Shown here one piece after another: positions 53,900 through 63,158 of a stretch of 64,000 bases of DNA (positions are counted from its first letter, which is position 1; the number at the start of each line of letters is the position of its first letter). The notes under the pieces are model-generated. The model had not been told where the DNA came from. It searched no databases and saw only the letters and a program-made list of their open reading frames with translations. The stretch spans positions 1,222-65,221 of the forward strand of contig JAODBI010000225.1 in the NCBI GenBank assembly GCA_025463875.1, given 5' to 3'. The DNA comes from Actinomycetes bacterium (GTDB lineage Bacteria; Actinomycetota; Acidimicrobiia; IMCC26256; PALSA-610). Made by a program: the position numbers and the translations under genes.

Positions 53900-54799
53900 A
53901 TGAGCCACGCGGTGACGAGCGAATCCCCGGCCAACGGCTCCGGGGCCGACGACAGCGCGCGGCGCACCGAGCTGGCGGATTTCCTTCGCCGCCGGCGCGA
54001 AGCGATCAGCCCCGCCGAGGTCGGACTGCACGTCGGGGGACGGCGTCGTACGCCCGGCTTGCGACGCGAGGAAGTGGCGCAACTCGCCGGCGTCGGCGTC
54101 ACCTGGTACACGTGGCTCGAACAAGCTCGCGCCATCCGGGTCTCCGAGAACGTTCTCGAAGCGCTGACCCGGGCGCTTCGGCTCGACAGCCACGAACGCG
54201 CCCATCTCTTCAACTTGGCCGGGGCGCCCAGCACCGCGGCCGTCGTCGAATCCGACACGCTCGATCCCGCCGTTGCCCTCTTGCTCCACCGATTCGGGAG
54301 CTATCCCGCCTCCGTCACCAACGCCAGGTACGACATCCTGGCGTACAACCCCTCGTACGCCGCGCTCATGGGCGACATCGAGTCTCTTCCTTTCGATCAG
54401 CGCAACATCCTGTGGCTCATGTTCACCAGCGCGCGAACGCGCAAGCTGCTCGTCGACTGGGAGCACGCGACCCGACGCTGCGTCGCGCAGTTCCGCGCGT
54501 CCTACGCCGACCACATGTCGGAGCCGGCGTGGCGATCGATGGTGAAGCGGCTGCAGGATGCGTCGCCGGAGTTCGGCGCGTATTGGGAGGAGCACCACGT
54601 CGCGGCCGCGGCGAACGTTGTCAAACAATTTCGTCACCCGGAGCTCGGTCTGCTTCGCTTCAACGCGACGAACATGTGGCTCAGTCAGCGAGTGGGCAAT
54701 CGCATGATCGTCCTTACGCCGGCCGATGAAGCCACCGAGTCTGCGTATCCGCGCCTCGCGCAAATGCAGCCGCCGCCGATCGCGACGGGCGCGCCGTAG
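53900..54799 (+). CDS. MmyB-like (XRE-family HTH) transcriptional regulator
   Basis: ATG 53900. LADFLRRRREAISPAEVGL..GRRRTPGLRREEVAQLAGVGVTWYTWLEQAR, then the MmyB-type C-terminal ligand-binding domain. It is divergent from the MFS gene. Confidence 0.85.
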   Translation: MSHAVTSESPANGSGADDSARRTELADFLRRRREAISPAEVGLHVGGRRRTPGLRREEVAQLAGVGVTWYTWLEQARAIRVSENVLEALTRALRLDSHERAHLFNLAGAPSTAAVVESDTLDPAVALLLHRFGSYPASVTNARYDILAYNPSYAALMGDIESLPFDQRNILWLMFTSARTRKLLVDWEHATRRCVAQFRASYADHMSEPAWRSMVKRLQDASPEFGAYWEEHHVAAAANVVKQFRHPELGLLRFNATNMWLSQRVGNRMIVLTPADEATESAYPRLAQMQPPPIATGAP

Positions 54800-54811
54800 C
54801 AGAACGAGCGC

Positions 54812-54958
54812 GCCGCGGAACGGCGCGGGATCGATCGCCACCGTTGCGTCGGCGAGGCCGCGCCCGGCGAGGATCTGCGCGAGCAGTCCGCCGAAGGCGT
54901 GCCCGATGACGATCGGCCGGATCGAGAGCTTCGCGATGATGTTGTCGACGTGGTCTCC
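54812..54958 (-). pseudogene. Internal fragment of an alpha/beta hydrolase gene (remnant)
   Basis: The minus frame reads GDHVDNIIAKLSIRPIVIGHAFGGLLAQILAGRGLADATVAIDPAPFRG. This is a nucleophile-elbow region (G-H-S-x-G-G expected; Ala sits at the Ser position). It has no N- or C-terminal remainder and is wedged between the MmyB stop and the REC-DHp stop. Confidence 0.45.
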
Positions 54959-54987
54959 CGGCGACGCTGCCGCTCGGTGAGGCGGCG

Positions 54988-55593
54988 TCAGCTGGATATG
55001 CGCTCCAGTCTGCTCGTGAGCTCGACGGCGGTCTCGGCGGCGATGCGAATTTGCTCGAGGTCCGCACCGACCTGCTCGTTGTCGGGTGTCGCCGCCGCTA
55101 CAAATGTCGCGTAGTTGAGAATGGCGCCGAGCAGGTTGTTCAAGTCGTGCGCGATCGCGTCGGTGAGCTCACCGACACTCTCGAGGCGCTGTCTCGTGCG
55201 CCGGTTGTCGCGCGTCAGCTCGCGATGGTGCAGCGCGTTTGCGACGGTGACGACGAGTTGCGCGGCAGTGAAGGGTTTGGTGATGTAGCCGTACGCACCG
55301 AGGTCGACTGCAGACCGCGCGATGTTCGTGTTCGCGATTCCCGAGACCATGACGACGGGAAGGTCCGGATCACCGGATCTGAGACGCGCTAAGAACTCGG
55401 GACCCGTCTCATCGGGCATCATCACGTCGCACACCACAAGGTCGATCGTGCCTGACGCCAGCTCCGCGTACGCATCCGCCGCGCTGGACACTGCGCGGAC
55501 ACCCACGCCCTGATCGGCAAGCACGCGGGCAATGAGGTCGCGATACCGCGCCTCGTCGTCCACGACCAGCACCGTCGCCCGAGTTAGCCGCAC
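54988..55593 (-). CDS. Receiver (REC) domain fused to a HisKA/DHp-like helix, lacking any HATPase domain
   Basis: 201 aa. REC (VLVVDDE, DLVVCDVMMPDETG, ITKPF), then the H-box IAHDLNNLLGAILNY and a second helix ending RLERISS-stop, about where a catalytic domain would normally follow. Confidence 0.85.
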   Translation of the reverse strand: MRLTRATVLVVDDEARYRDLIARVLADQGVGVRAVSSAADAYAELASGTIDLVVCDVMMPDETGPEFLARLRSGDPDLPVVMVSGIANTNIARSAVDLGAYGYITKPFTAAQLVVTVANALHHRELTRDNRRTRQRLESVGELTDAIAHDLNNLLGAILNYATFVAAATPDNEQVGADLEQIRIAAETAVELTSRLERISS

Positions 55594-55652
55594 CCATCGC
55601 CTCCCCTCTCAGGAGAGCACGAAGTCGTCACGGGATCGTTGCAACCTTGCCC

Positions 55653-57731
55653 TCAGGTGCTCGACGTCGGCGGGACTGGAACAGCTGACGCGGCGAGGGC
55701 TTCGTCGATCACGCGCAGAAGCTCTTGTACTTCGTACGGCTTGGTGAGGTAGGCGCTTGCCCCCGCGGTGAGGAGACGTTGACGCTGACCGGCCGTCGCG
55801 TCGGCGCTCACGATCACGACGGGGATCGGCGCCGTCAGAGGGTTGTGGCGCAGCTCTTGCAGCACTTGGTCCCCGGGGATGTCGGGAAGGTGCAGATCGA
55901 GCAGGATGAGCGCCGGCTGATGTTCCCGGGCGAGCTCGAGGCCGAGTCCTCCTTGCATGGCCGGAATGATCTCGACGTCGCCTCGATGCGCGACGACGCG
56001 CTGTACGAGTTTGAGGTTCGCCAGGTTGTCCTCGATGTACAGCAGGGATCGGCGACGCTCGTCGATCATCGGGGCCGGGTCGGGCAGCGTGCCGCCGGTC
56101 ACCCGTTCGAAGCGCTCGACTGGACCTTCGACGACGGGGAGCTCGACCCAGAAGACGCTTCCCTCCCCGGGCACGGATTCGACGCCGAGCGTGCCGCCCA
56201 TCGCTTCGGCGAGGCGCCGCGAGAGGGCCAGGCCGATTCCCGTGCCTTCGATGTCGGTTCGCTCCGCGCCGAGGCGTTCGAACGGAACGAAGAGTCGCCC
56301 GATCTGATCGTCGGTGATACCCGGTCCGGTGTCCGCGACCTTGATCCGCAGGCGGGCCGGGTCGGGATGTTCGCAGAGGATGGTGACGGACCCGTGCAGC
56401 CGGTTGTACTTGACTGCGTTGGACAGGAGGTTGAGGAGAATCTGCTTCAGTCGCTGTCGGTCGGCGAAGACGTGGTTGCCCCAGCACGCATGCCGTTCAC
56501 CGTGCAGTTGTATGGAACGTTGTTCGGCGAGGGGCCGAATGAGATCGACGGTTTCGCTGACGACATCACTGACCTGGACCGACTCGGACGACAGCGCGAG
56601 GTCGCCACTTTCGATCCGGGAGATGTCCAGGACCTCGTTGATGAGCCCGAGAAGGTGGGTCCCTCCGCGCAGGATCTGGTCGACCGCCTCTTGATGATTC
56701 TCGTCCAGATCGTCGAGATCGAGGATCTGCGCGAAACCGAGGACGGCGTTGAGGGGAGTTCGAAGCTCATGGCTCATGCGCGACAAGAAGGCGCTCTTCG
56801 ATTGGTTTGCCGTATCGGCTGCTTCCCGGGCCGCCTCGAGATCGGCGAGCGTCCTGCGTAGCTCTACGGTTCGCACGTCGACGAGCGCCATCGCGTACTC
56901 GCGACGCCGGATCAGAACAGCTACGACGCCGGCGACGATGAACGCGGCGGCGAGTCCGCCGGCGAGGATGATCCATGCGACGGCTTGGGCGAGCGAGCCG
57001 CCCAGCCATCCCTTGGCGGACGTCACCAGGAGCCAGCGATCGGCGCCGATCGTGAGCGTTCTCGTGTCGACCGTTCCGGAGAGCTCGAGATTCGGTGTGG
57101 TCTTCAGGAGGACCGCGTTCGGGTCCGCCGTGGGCGAGAGATACACGACGGCGTTCAGCTCGTGGTACGGGGAGTTGGCAGTAGACGCGACGACGCGCGT
57201 CGGATCGATCGTGGTCTCTTCGAAGACCACCAAGCCGTCCGCGCGCCCGAACGCCACCATCAGGCTCTTGTGCCCGGACGCCGGATCGTCGATCAGCGCG
57301 AAGACGAGGTCCTTCGCTTGAACCGCCCGACGTACCAAGGCGGCGCGCGGCCCGGTCAGTTGCGTCGCATCGGGCAGCGCGCGTCCTTGGGTGGAACGGA
57401 CGACGGCGCGGGCGCCCACGGACTCGGCAACCCCGACCGTTGCGGCTGCACCCTGGGCCAGTGATCGTTCGCCCGCCCGGAACGCGGCGTCGTCGACGCG
57501 CCGGGCCGCGTACGTCTCACCCAGGAGCCCGAGCGACGACTTCAGAGTCGAGATGGAGCTCGTCACGATGGCCGCTACTTCCGCGGCACGCTCGTGGAGC
57601 AATTTGTGTTCCGCGCTCCGCGCCGCGCCGCGGGTGACGAGGAAGCCGGCCGCCGTCAACGACGTCAGGGCAACGAACACGATGAGCGCGGCAAAGCGGT
57701 ACAGCGGCCGGGCTCGTGTGGAAGTCGTCAA
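55653..57731 (-). CDS. Hybrid sensor histidine kinase / response regulator with large extracytoplasmic sensor domain
   Basis: ORF open to 57956; likely TTG start at 57731 (LTTSTRARPLYRFAALIVFVAL). TM1, a ~270-aa periplasmic domain, TM2, HisKA (FLSRMSHELRTPLNAV), HATPase (NLLSNAVKYN, DTGPGI, GTGIGLAL), and a C-terminal REC (LLYIEDN, LILLDLHLPDIPG, LTKP). Confidence 0.88.
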   Translation of the reverse strand: MTTSTRARPLYRFAALIVFVALTSLTAAGFLVTRGAARSAEHKLLHERAAEVAAIVTSSISTLKSSLGLLGETYAARRVDDAAFRAGERSLAQGAAATVGVAESVGARAVVRSTQGRALPDATQLTGPRAALVRRAVQAKDLVFALIDDPASGHKSLMVAFGRADGLVVFEETTIDPTRVVASTANSPYHELNAVVYLSPTADPNAVLLKTTPNLELSGTVDTRTLTIGADRWLLVTSAKGWLGGSLAQAVAWIILAGGLAAAFIVAGVVAVLIRRREYAMALVDVRTVELRRTLADLEAAREAADTANQSKSAFLSRMSHELRTPLNAVLGFAQILDLDDLDENHQEAVDQILRGGTHLLGLINEVLDISRIESGDLALSSESVQVSDVVSETVDLIRPLAEQRSIQLHGERHACWGNHVFADRQRLKQILLNLLSNAVKYNRLHGSVTILCEHPDPARLRIKVADTGPGITDDQIGRLFVPFERLGAERTDIEGTGIGLALSRRLAEAMGGTLGVESVPGEGSVFWVELPVVEGPVERFERVTGGTLPDPAPMIDERRRSLLYIEDNLANLKLVQRVVAHRGDVEIIPAMQGGLGLELAREHQPALILLDLHLPDIPGDQVLQELRHNPLTAPIPVVIVSADATAGQRQRLLTAGASAYLTKPYEVQELLRVIDEALAASAVPVPPTSST

Positions 57732-57946
57732 CGATCCGCCTCTCTCAGCCTTGTCGGCGAGACACCGCGTGGCCTCCAGGTGACATCGGCCGCGCGGACG
57801 CACTTGGCGAGGCATTTGTCGCCGCGTGACCGCTCGGTGACGATCGGCACAGCTCGGAGCTCGACTACAGCGCCCGTTCCGAACTGCCGATAATCCGGCA
57901 TGGTCACGGGCGCAGGGTCGGGTCCCCGCCAGGATGGTGCTGCGGC

Positions 57947-59149
57947 ATGACCGCAACGCTCAATCAGTCTCGCATCCTGATCGTTGACGACGAAGCGGCC
58001 AACGTGCGGCTGATGACACGCATCCTGCAAAGCGCCGGTTACACACACATCAAGGGGCTGACGGATTCGCGTCTGGTGCTCGAAACCCGCGAGAGCTGGG
58101 CGCCTGATCTGATCTTGCTCGATCTCCAGATGCCCCATATCGATGGCATATCGCTGCTGCACATGTTCCGCACCCAGACCGCGCAGTCGGAGTTCGTGCC
58201 GGTCCTCGTATTGACCGCAGACGTCACCCGCGAGGCGCTCAAGCAAGCGCTGTCCGCCGGCGCCAACGACTATCTCACCAAGCCGGTCGACGTCGACGAA
58301 GTTGTGCTGAGGGTTCGGAACCTCCTCGCGATTCGACTCTCACACGAGAGTCTCAAGAACAACAACGCGGTCCTTGCCGAGGAACTTCGCAAGCGCATGC
58401 GCTGCGAGGAACGTCAAGCCGAGAGTCGTCGGAGTCGCATCGACGCGATTCGAGCAGTCATCGACAGCCGGCCGACGATGGCGTTTCAGCCGATCCTCGA
58501 CCTCGACACGAGCCGCGTCCTGGGCGTCGAGGCACTGGCTCGATTCGCGGCCGGCACCGCCCCCGACGTCTGGTTCGCCGAGGCCAACGAGCTCGGCATG
58601 GGCACCGAGCTCGAGCTCGCGGCCGTGAAAGCCGCGTTGCAACAGATCGACCGGCTCGCCCCCACCCAGTTCATGGCGGTGAACGCCTCGCCGCGGGTTG
58701 TGCTCGACCGACGCCTGCACGATCTGCTGCGCAGACACGGCAAGGGACGCGTCGTCGTCGAGATCACCGAACATGAACCCGTCGACAGCTACGAAGAGTT
58801 GAACACCGTTCGGGACCGGTTCCGACGCGACGGCATTCGCATCGCGATCGATGACGCCGGCGCGGGATACGCAAGCCTGCACCACATCCTGAAGCTCGCG
58901 CCCGACATCATCAAGCTCGACATCGGTCTGACCCGCGATATCGACCACGACCCTGTCCGACGAGCTCTCGCCGCGTCGCTCGTCGTGTTCGCGAAGGAAA
59001 CCAACGCAATCGTCACGGCGGAGGGCATCGAAACCGCCGGCGAGTTCGCCACGCTGCACGACCTCGGCGTGCCATGGGGTCAGGGCTTCTTTCTCGGACG
59101 TCCCGCAGCCATGGAAGACGACGAAACGCGCTTCACCCGCGCGGTGTGA
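57947..59149 (+). CDS. REC-EAL response regulator (c-di-GMP phosphodiesterase type)
   Basis: 400 aa. REC (ILIVDDE, DLILLDLQMPHIDG, LTKP), a coiled linker, then an EAL domain (GVEALARF, EITE, DDAGAGYASL, KLD, EGIE, QGF). Confidence 0.92.
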   Translation: MTATLNQSRILIVDDEAANVRLMTRILQSAGYTHIKGLTDSRLVLETRESWAPDLILLDLQMPHIDGISLLHMFRTQTAQSEFVPVLVLTADVTREALKQALSAGANDYLTKPVDVDEVVLRVRNLLAIRLSHESLKNNNAVLAEELRKRMRCEERQAESRRSRIDAIRAVIDSRPTMAFQPILDLDTSRVLGVEALARFAAGTAPDVWFAEANELGMGTELELAAVKAALQQIDRLAPTQFMAVNASPRVVLDRRLHDLLRRHGKGRVVVEITEHEPVDSYEELNTVRDRFRRDGIRIAIDDAGAGYASLHHILKLAPDIIKLDIGLTRDIDHDPVRRALAASLVVFAKETNAIVTAEGIETAGEFATLHDLGVPWGQGFFLGRPAAMEDDETRFTRAV

Positions 59150-59419
59150 TCTGCGGGTCGGACCGCGCGCGATGAGGAGCGCGGGCGCGTGGTGCCTAGA
59201 AAGTCGCGACCCCCGGGGCGCGGAGTTCACACTCAACACCCAGCCCGTTCACACCACTGGGCTCGTGAGCCGTCGCAGCCGGCATTTTGCGACCGCGAGC
59301 GCGACCGGCGGCCCGGAATCGAGCGCTCTTACCCGCTTCTTGACCTGACCTCAGCCGGGTCCCATGTGCTGCCCCGAGGGTGAGACCCGACCGTGCCCCC
59401 GAACAAGGAAGTGGCCGCT

Positions 59420-59779
59420 ATGCCCCTCTCTCGCAAAGTCCCGTTCGCAGCCGCCCTCGGAACCGTGATGCTCGCGGCCGGTGCGTTCGGCTATGTGTTC
59501 TTCGCTCCCGCAAGCAGCAGTGCGCAGACGACGACGGTGCCGGCCGCCGGCGGATCGACGAGCACCACGGCGCCGAGCGCGCCGCACTCGAACGAGGACC
59601 CGACCCACGAGAAGGGTGAGAGCGCCCAGCGCGAAGCCGACGAGAACTCGGGCAAGGCGTTCGCGGGCGGCCGTCACGACGGGTCCTTCACCCCGAACAC
59701 CGACCCGGCACACGAAAAGACGGAGAGTGCCGCCCGCGAGGCGCAGGAGAAGGCCGGTCAGGCTCCGACCCAGCCGTAG
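59420..59779 (+). CDS. Small secreted protein with duplicated DP-x-HEK-x-ES-A-x-REA-x-E motif
   Basis: ATG 59420 is preceded by AAGGAAG. Signal/TM: MPLSRKVPFAAALGTVMLAAGAFGYVFFA. Two motif copies: NEDPTHEKGESAQREADENSG and NTDPAHEKTESAAREAQEKAG. Confidence 0.6.
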   Translation: MPLSRKVPFAAALGTVMLAAGAFGYVFFAPASSSAQTTTVPAAGGSTSTTAPSAPHSNEDPTHEKGESAQREADENSGKAFAGGRHDGSFTPNTDPAHEKTESAAREAQEKAGQAPTQP

Positions 59780-59931
59780 GAGGTCGCACCCCGGCTCGAC
59801 GGTTGGTGGTTGCCGTCGTAGCGAACTGATGCCGTCGTAAGCCACGTGATGATGGTGCGCACGTCACGGACGACGTAGCGTGCTGACCGCGTTCTCGGCC
59901 GTATGAACGACCGAGGTGTCAGGGGAACATC

Positions 59932-61311
59932 ATGGGTGCACGGCGCCTTCTCGCCGGCGCGGCGGTGCTGCTCAGCGTCGCCGGCGCGGCGTGTGGCAAC
60001 TCCAAGTCGCAGAACAGCAGCCCGACGACATCACCGTTGAGCAACACACCGCTGACGACGGCGAGCGCGGCGGATCTCACGAGGAGCGTGCCGCGGCCGG
60101 GCGTGCGCGGCGTGACCGACACGACCATCCGCGTCGCCGTGATCACCGCGAAGACGAACCCGATCGGTGGCCGGTACCACGAATACATCGACGGGATCCG
60201 CGCCTACTTCAAGGTCATCAACGACAAGGGCGGCATCTACGGCCGCAAGCTTGTCGTCGTGTCGGATCGTGACGACGTGGTCGGGCTGCAGAACGTGCAG
60301 CAAACGACCTCGAGCCTCGCCGACGACAACGCGTTCGCGACGTTCGAGGCGACCCAGCAGCTCACCGGCGCCGACCTGCTCGCCAAGGCGCACATGCCGA
60401 CCTTCATCTGGAACATCGACCCCGAGATGGCGAGCACGCCGACCGTCGATCACAGCAACATCTTCGGGACCAACCCGGCGATCTGCTTCAGTTGCCCCGG
60501 GCCGTTGGCCTCGTGGCTCGCGGAAAAGAACGGCTTCACGAAGGTCGGCATCCTCGCCTACGGCGTCTCCGCGGAGTCGAAGCTCTGCGCGTCCGGGACG
60601 CGCGACGCGTACAAGCAGTACACCAACGGCAGGGTGAAGGTCGTGTTCTTCGACAACGCCCTGCCGTTCGCAGCCGACCTCACGGCCGACGTCGCCAACA
60701 TGAAGGACGCCGGTGTTCAGTTCGTCAACACATGCGTGGATACCAACGAGGTCATCAAGCTGCAGAAGGAGATGAAGAAGCAGAACCTGAAGGCGGTCCA
60801 GAGCCTTCCCAACGCTTACGACCACGACTTCGTGCGCGAGAACGCGGCGCTGTTCGAGGGCAACTTCGTCGAGTCGTTGTACACGCCGTGGGAGACCCAG
60901 CCGCAATCGCCGGAGACCAAGGCGTATCTGACGAACATCAAGGCGATCACGCAGGATCCCGTCGAGTTGACGCAATTCGGTTGGATCAACGCCGTGCAGT
61001 TCGTCGACGGTCTGAAGGGCGCGGGGCCGGAGCTCACCCAACAGAAGGTGATCGACTACCTCAACGCCCAACGGGCGTACTCGCCCGCCGGAATGGTGCC
61101 GCCGATCGACTGGTCGACAGGTCACATCGACCCGATGAAGCACCCCGAGGTGCGGCTGAAGGAACAGTGCATGCCGGTGATGCAGATCAAGGGCGGCAAA
61201 TTCGTGCTGCTCGAGACACCACCCGACAAGCCCTACACGTGCCTCGACACGGCCAAGGGCGCGGACCAGACGCCGGTCTACAAATCGTTCGCACCCGGCG
61301 GCGTCGGATGA
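59932..61311 (+). CDS. ABC transporter substrate-binding lipoprotein (type I PBP, branched-chain amino acid/amide-binding-like)
   Basis: 459 aa. Lipobox LLSVAGAAC-G. The pattern IRVAVITAKTNPIGG...YFKVINDKGGIYGRKLVVVSDRDD is typical of the LivJ-like family. No cognate permease or ATPase is adjacent. Confidence 0.88.
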   Translation: MGARRLLAGAAVLLSVAGAACGNSKSQNSSPTTSPLSNTPLTTASAADLTRSVPRPGVRGVTDTTIRVAVITAKTNPIGGRYHEYIDGIRAYFKVINDKGGIYGRKLVVVSDRDDVVGLQNVQQTTSSLADDNAFATFEATQQLTGADLLAKAHMPTFIWNIDPEMASTPTVDHSNIFGTNPAICFSCPGPLASWLAEKNGFTKVGILAYGVSAESKLCASGTRDAYKQYTNGRVKVVFFDNALPFAADLTADVANMKDAGVQFVNTCVDTNEVIKLQKEMKKQNLKAVQSLPNAYDHDFVRENAALFEGNFVESLYTPWETQPQSPETKAYLTNIKAITQDPVELTQFGWINAVQFVDGLKGAGPELTQQKVIDYLNAQRAYSPAGMVPPIDWSTGHIDPMKHPEVRLKEQCMPVMQIKGGKFVLLETPPDKPYTCLDTAKGADQTPVYKSFAPGGVG

Positions 61312-61318
61312 CATCGTC

Positions 61319-61843
61319 GTGATCGGCACGGCTCGGGTCCTCGACGCGTTCGAGCCTCATGTGCAGCCGGGAACCGTTGCCGTCTGCATCGCCAGCATGG
61401 CCGGCACGATGACGACGCTCCCGCCCGACGTGTTGCGGCTGCTCGCCACGACACCGACCGACCAGCTTCACGCCTTGGCGGTGCTCGATCCGGCGACGAT
61501 GAGCCCGGGCAGCGCGTACGGCATCGCGAAGCGGGCCAACCACGTGCGCGTGCAAGCCGCGTCGATTCCCTGGGGTCGGCGCGGGGGGCGCGTGGTGTCG
61601 ATCAGCCCGGGCGTCATCTCGACTCCGATGGGGCAGGCGGAGCTCGCGGGCCCGTTCGGCGACTCGATGCGGAGCATGATCGAGATGTCGGCCAGCCAAC
61701 GGATCGGTACGCCGGATGACATCGCCGCGACCGTGGAATTCCTCACGAGCCCCGCGGCTTCGTTCATCACCGGCACGGACCTGCTCGTCGACGGCGGCGC
61801 GATCGCCGCGCTGGACGCGGCCCCGGTCGGAGGCGCGCCGTGA
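61319..61843 (+). CDS. SDR family oxidoreductase, C-terminal part only (probable truncated gene)
   Basis: 174-aa ORF. It starts at ..IGTARVLDAF.. and contains IASMAG, the catalytic YGIAKRAN (YxxxK) and the PG motif (ISPGVISTPM). It lacks the N-terminal TGxxxGxG Rossmann segment, about 100 aa. Confidence 0.6.
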   Translation: MIGTARVLDAFEPHVQPGTVAVCIASMAGTMTTLPPDVLRLLATTPTDQLHALAVLDPATMSPGSAYGIAKRANHVRVQAASIPWGRRGGRVVSISPGVISTPMGQAELAGPFGDSMRSMIEMSASQRIGTPDDIAATVEFLTSPAASFITGTDLLVDGGAIAALDAAPVGGAP

Positions 61844-61853
61844 ACGCGCCGCG

Positions 61854-63158
61854 TCAGCGGGCTGCGTCGCGGCGTGCCAGTGCGTCGATCGTCACGGCGA
61901 CGAGGAGCACGATCGCAGTGACGACGTCCTTGGCGGCCGCGCTATAGCTCTGGAGACTCATGCCATTGTCGATGGCGGCGATCACGATTCCGCCCAGCAC
62001 CGCGTGCGATGCCCTGCCCCGACCTCCAAAGAGGCTCGCGCCGCCGATCACAGCCGCGGCAACGGCGTAGAGCACGAGAGTGCCGCCGTCGAGGGCGGTG
62101 GAGACCGACCGCAAACGCGACGCGTAGACAATGCCGGCGATGCCGGCGGTGAACGACGCCAGCATGAAGCACAAGGTGCGGATTCGGGCGAGGTTGATGC
62201 CGGCCCGCCGCGCCGCTTCGGCATTGCCGCCGATCGCGTAGACGTAGCGCCCGAACTTGGTGCGCCCGAGTAGGAACGTCCACGCCGCCAGCACGCCCAG
62301 CACGATGAGGACCACCCATGGCACGCCGTTGATCGGGACGATCCGGCCCCGGTTGGTGTTGCAGATCAGCACGATCACGACGCCGGCCGCCGCAGTCGCC
62401 GCGACTTTGATTGCGGTCACGCTCGCCGGGGGCGCCATGAGGCCCGTGCTCCTCCGGCGCGACTCCTGGACCCACATGCGGGTGCCGACCACGGCGACGA
62501 TGGCGACCATCACGATCCAACTGGCCGCCGGGGTCAGGTTGCCACTTGCGAAGTCGTTGATGATCTTGTCGTTGATGGGCAGCGAGCCGCCCGGGCCCAG
62601 GATGAGGAGCATCACGCCCTGGAAACCGAGGAGGCCGGCGAGGGTCACCACGAACGAAGGCAGGCCGATGCGCGTGATGATCGTGCCTTGCACCACGCCG
62701 ATGACCGCACAGACGAGGAGCCCGGCGAGGATCGCCCCCCACCACGGCCACCCCGTCGATTGCTTCACGAGCTCCGCGGTGACGACGCCCCCGATACCGC
62801 TCACGAAGCCGATCGACAGATCGATCTCACCGAGCAGCAGCGCGAACACCTCGCCCATCGCGAGGAGCATGTACACCGCGCCCTGGATGAGCAGGTTGAC
62901 GAGGTTGCCGGCGGAGAGAAAATTCGAGTTCAGCGATTGGAACAGGATCGAGATCAGCAACAGTCCGCCGACGACGGGTAGGACCCCGCTGTCGCCCGAG
63001 CGGATGCGCACGTACACCACGTGCACGTACTCGCGCAATGTTTGCGCGTTCGCGACTACGGCCGCCGCGCGTTCGGCCTCGGCCTCGGCCGCGCGCCGCA
63101 ATTCGGCATCGCCGGGCGCGACGGGCTCCAGTGGTTCGGGTTCGTCAACCTTGGTCAT
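61854..63158 (-). CDS. Sugar ABC transporter permease (XylH/FrcC-like, BPD_transp_2)
   Basis: 434 aa. A ~60-aa cytoplasmic N-extension, then about 10 TM helices with the pattern typical of monosaccharide (CUT2) permeases (GEIDLSIGF..., TLAGLLGFQG). Confidence 0.9.
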   Translation of the reverse strand: MTKVDEPEPLEPVAPGDAELRRAAEAEAERAAAVVANAQTLREYVHVVYVRIRSGDSGVLPVVGGLLLISILFQSLNSNFLSAGNLVNLLIQGAVYMLLAMGEVFALLLGEIDLSIGFVSGIGGVVTAELVKQSTGWPWWGAILAGLLVCAVIGVVQGTIITRIGLPSFVVTLAGLLGFQGVMLLILGPGGSLPINDKIINDFASGNLTPAASWIVMVAIVAVVGTRMWVQESRRRSTGLMAPPASVTAIKVAATAAAGVVIVLICNTNRGRIVPINGVPWVVLIVLGVLAAWTFLLGRTKFGRYVYAIGGNAEAARRAGINLARIRTLCFMLASFTAGIAGIVYASRLRSVSTALDGGTLVLYAVAAAVIGGASLFGGRGRASHAVLGGIVIAAIDNGMSLQSYSAAAKDVVTAIVLLVAVTIDALARRDAAR

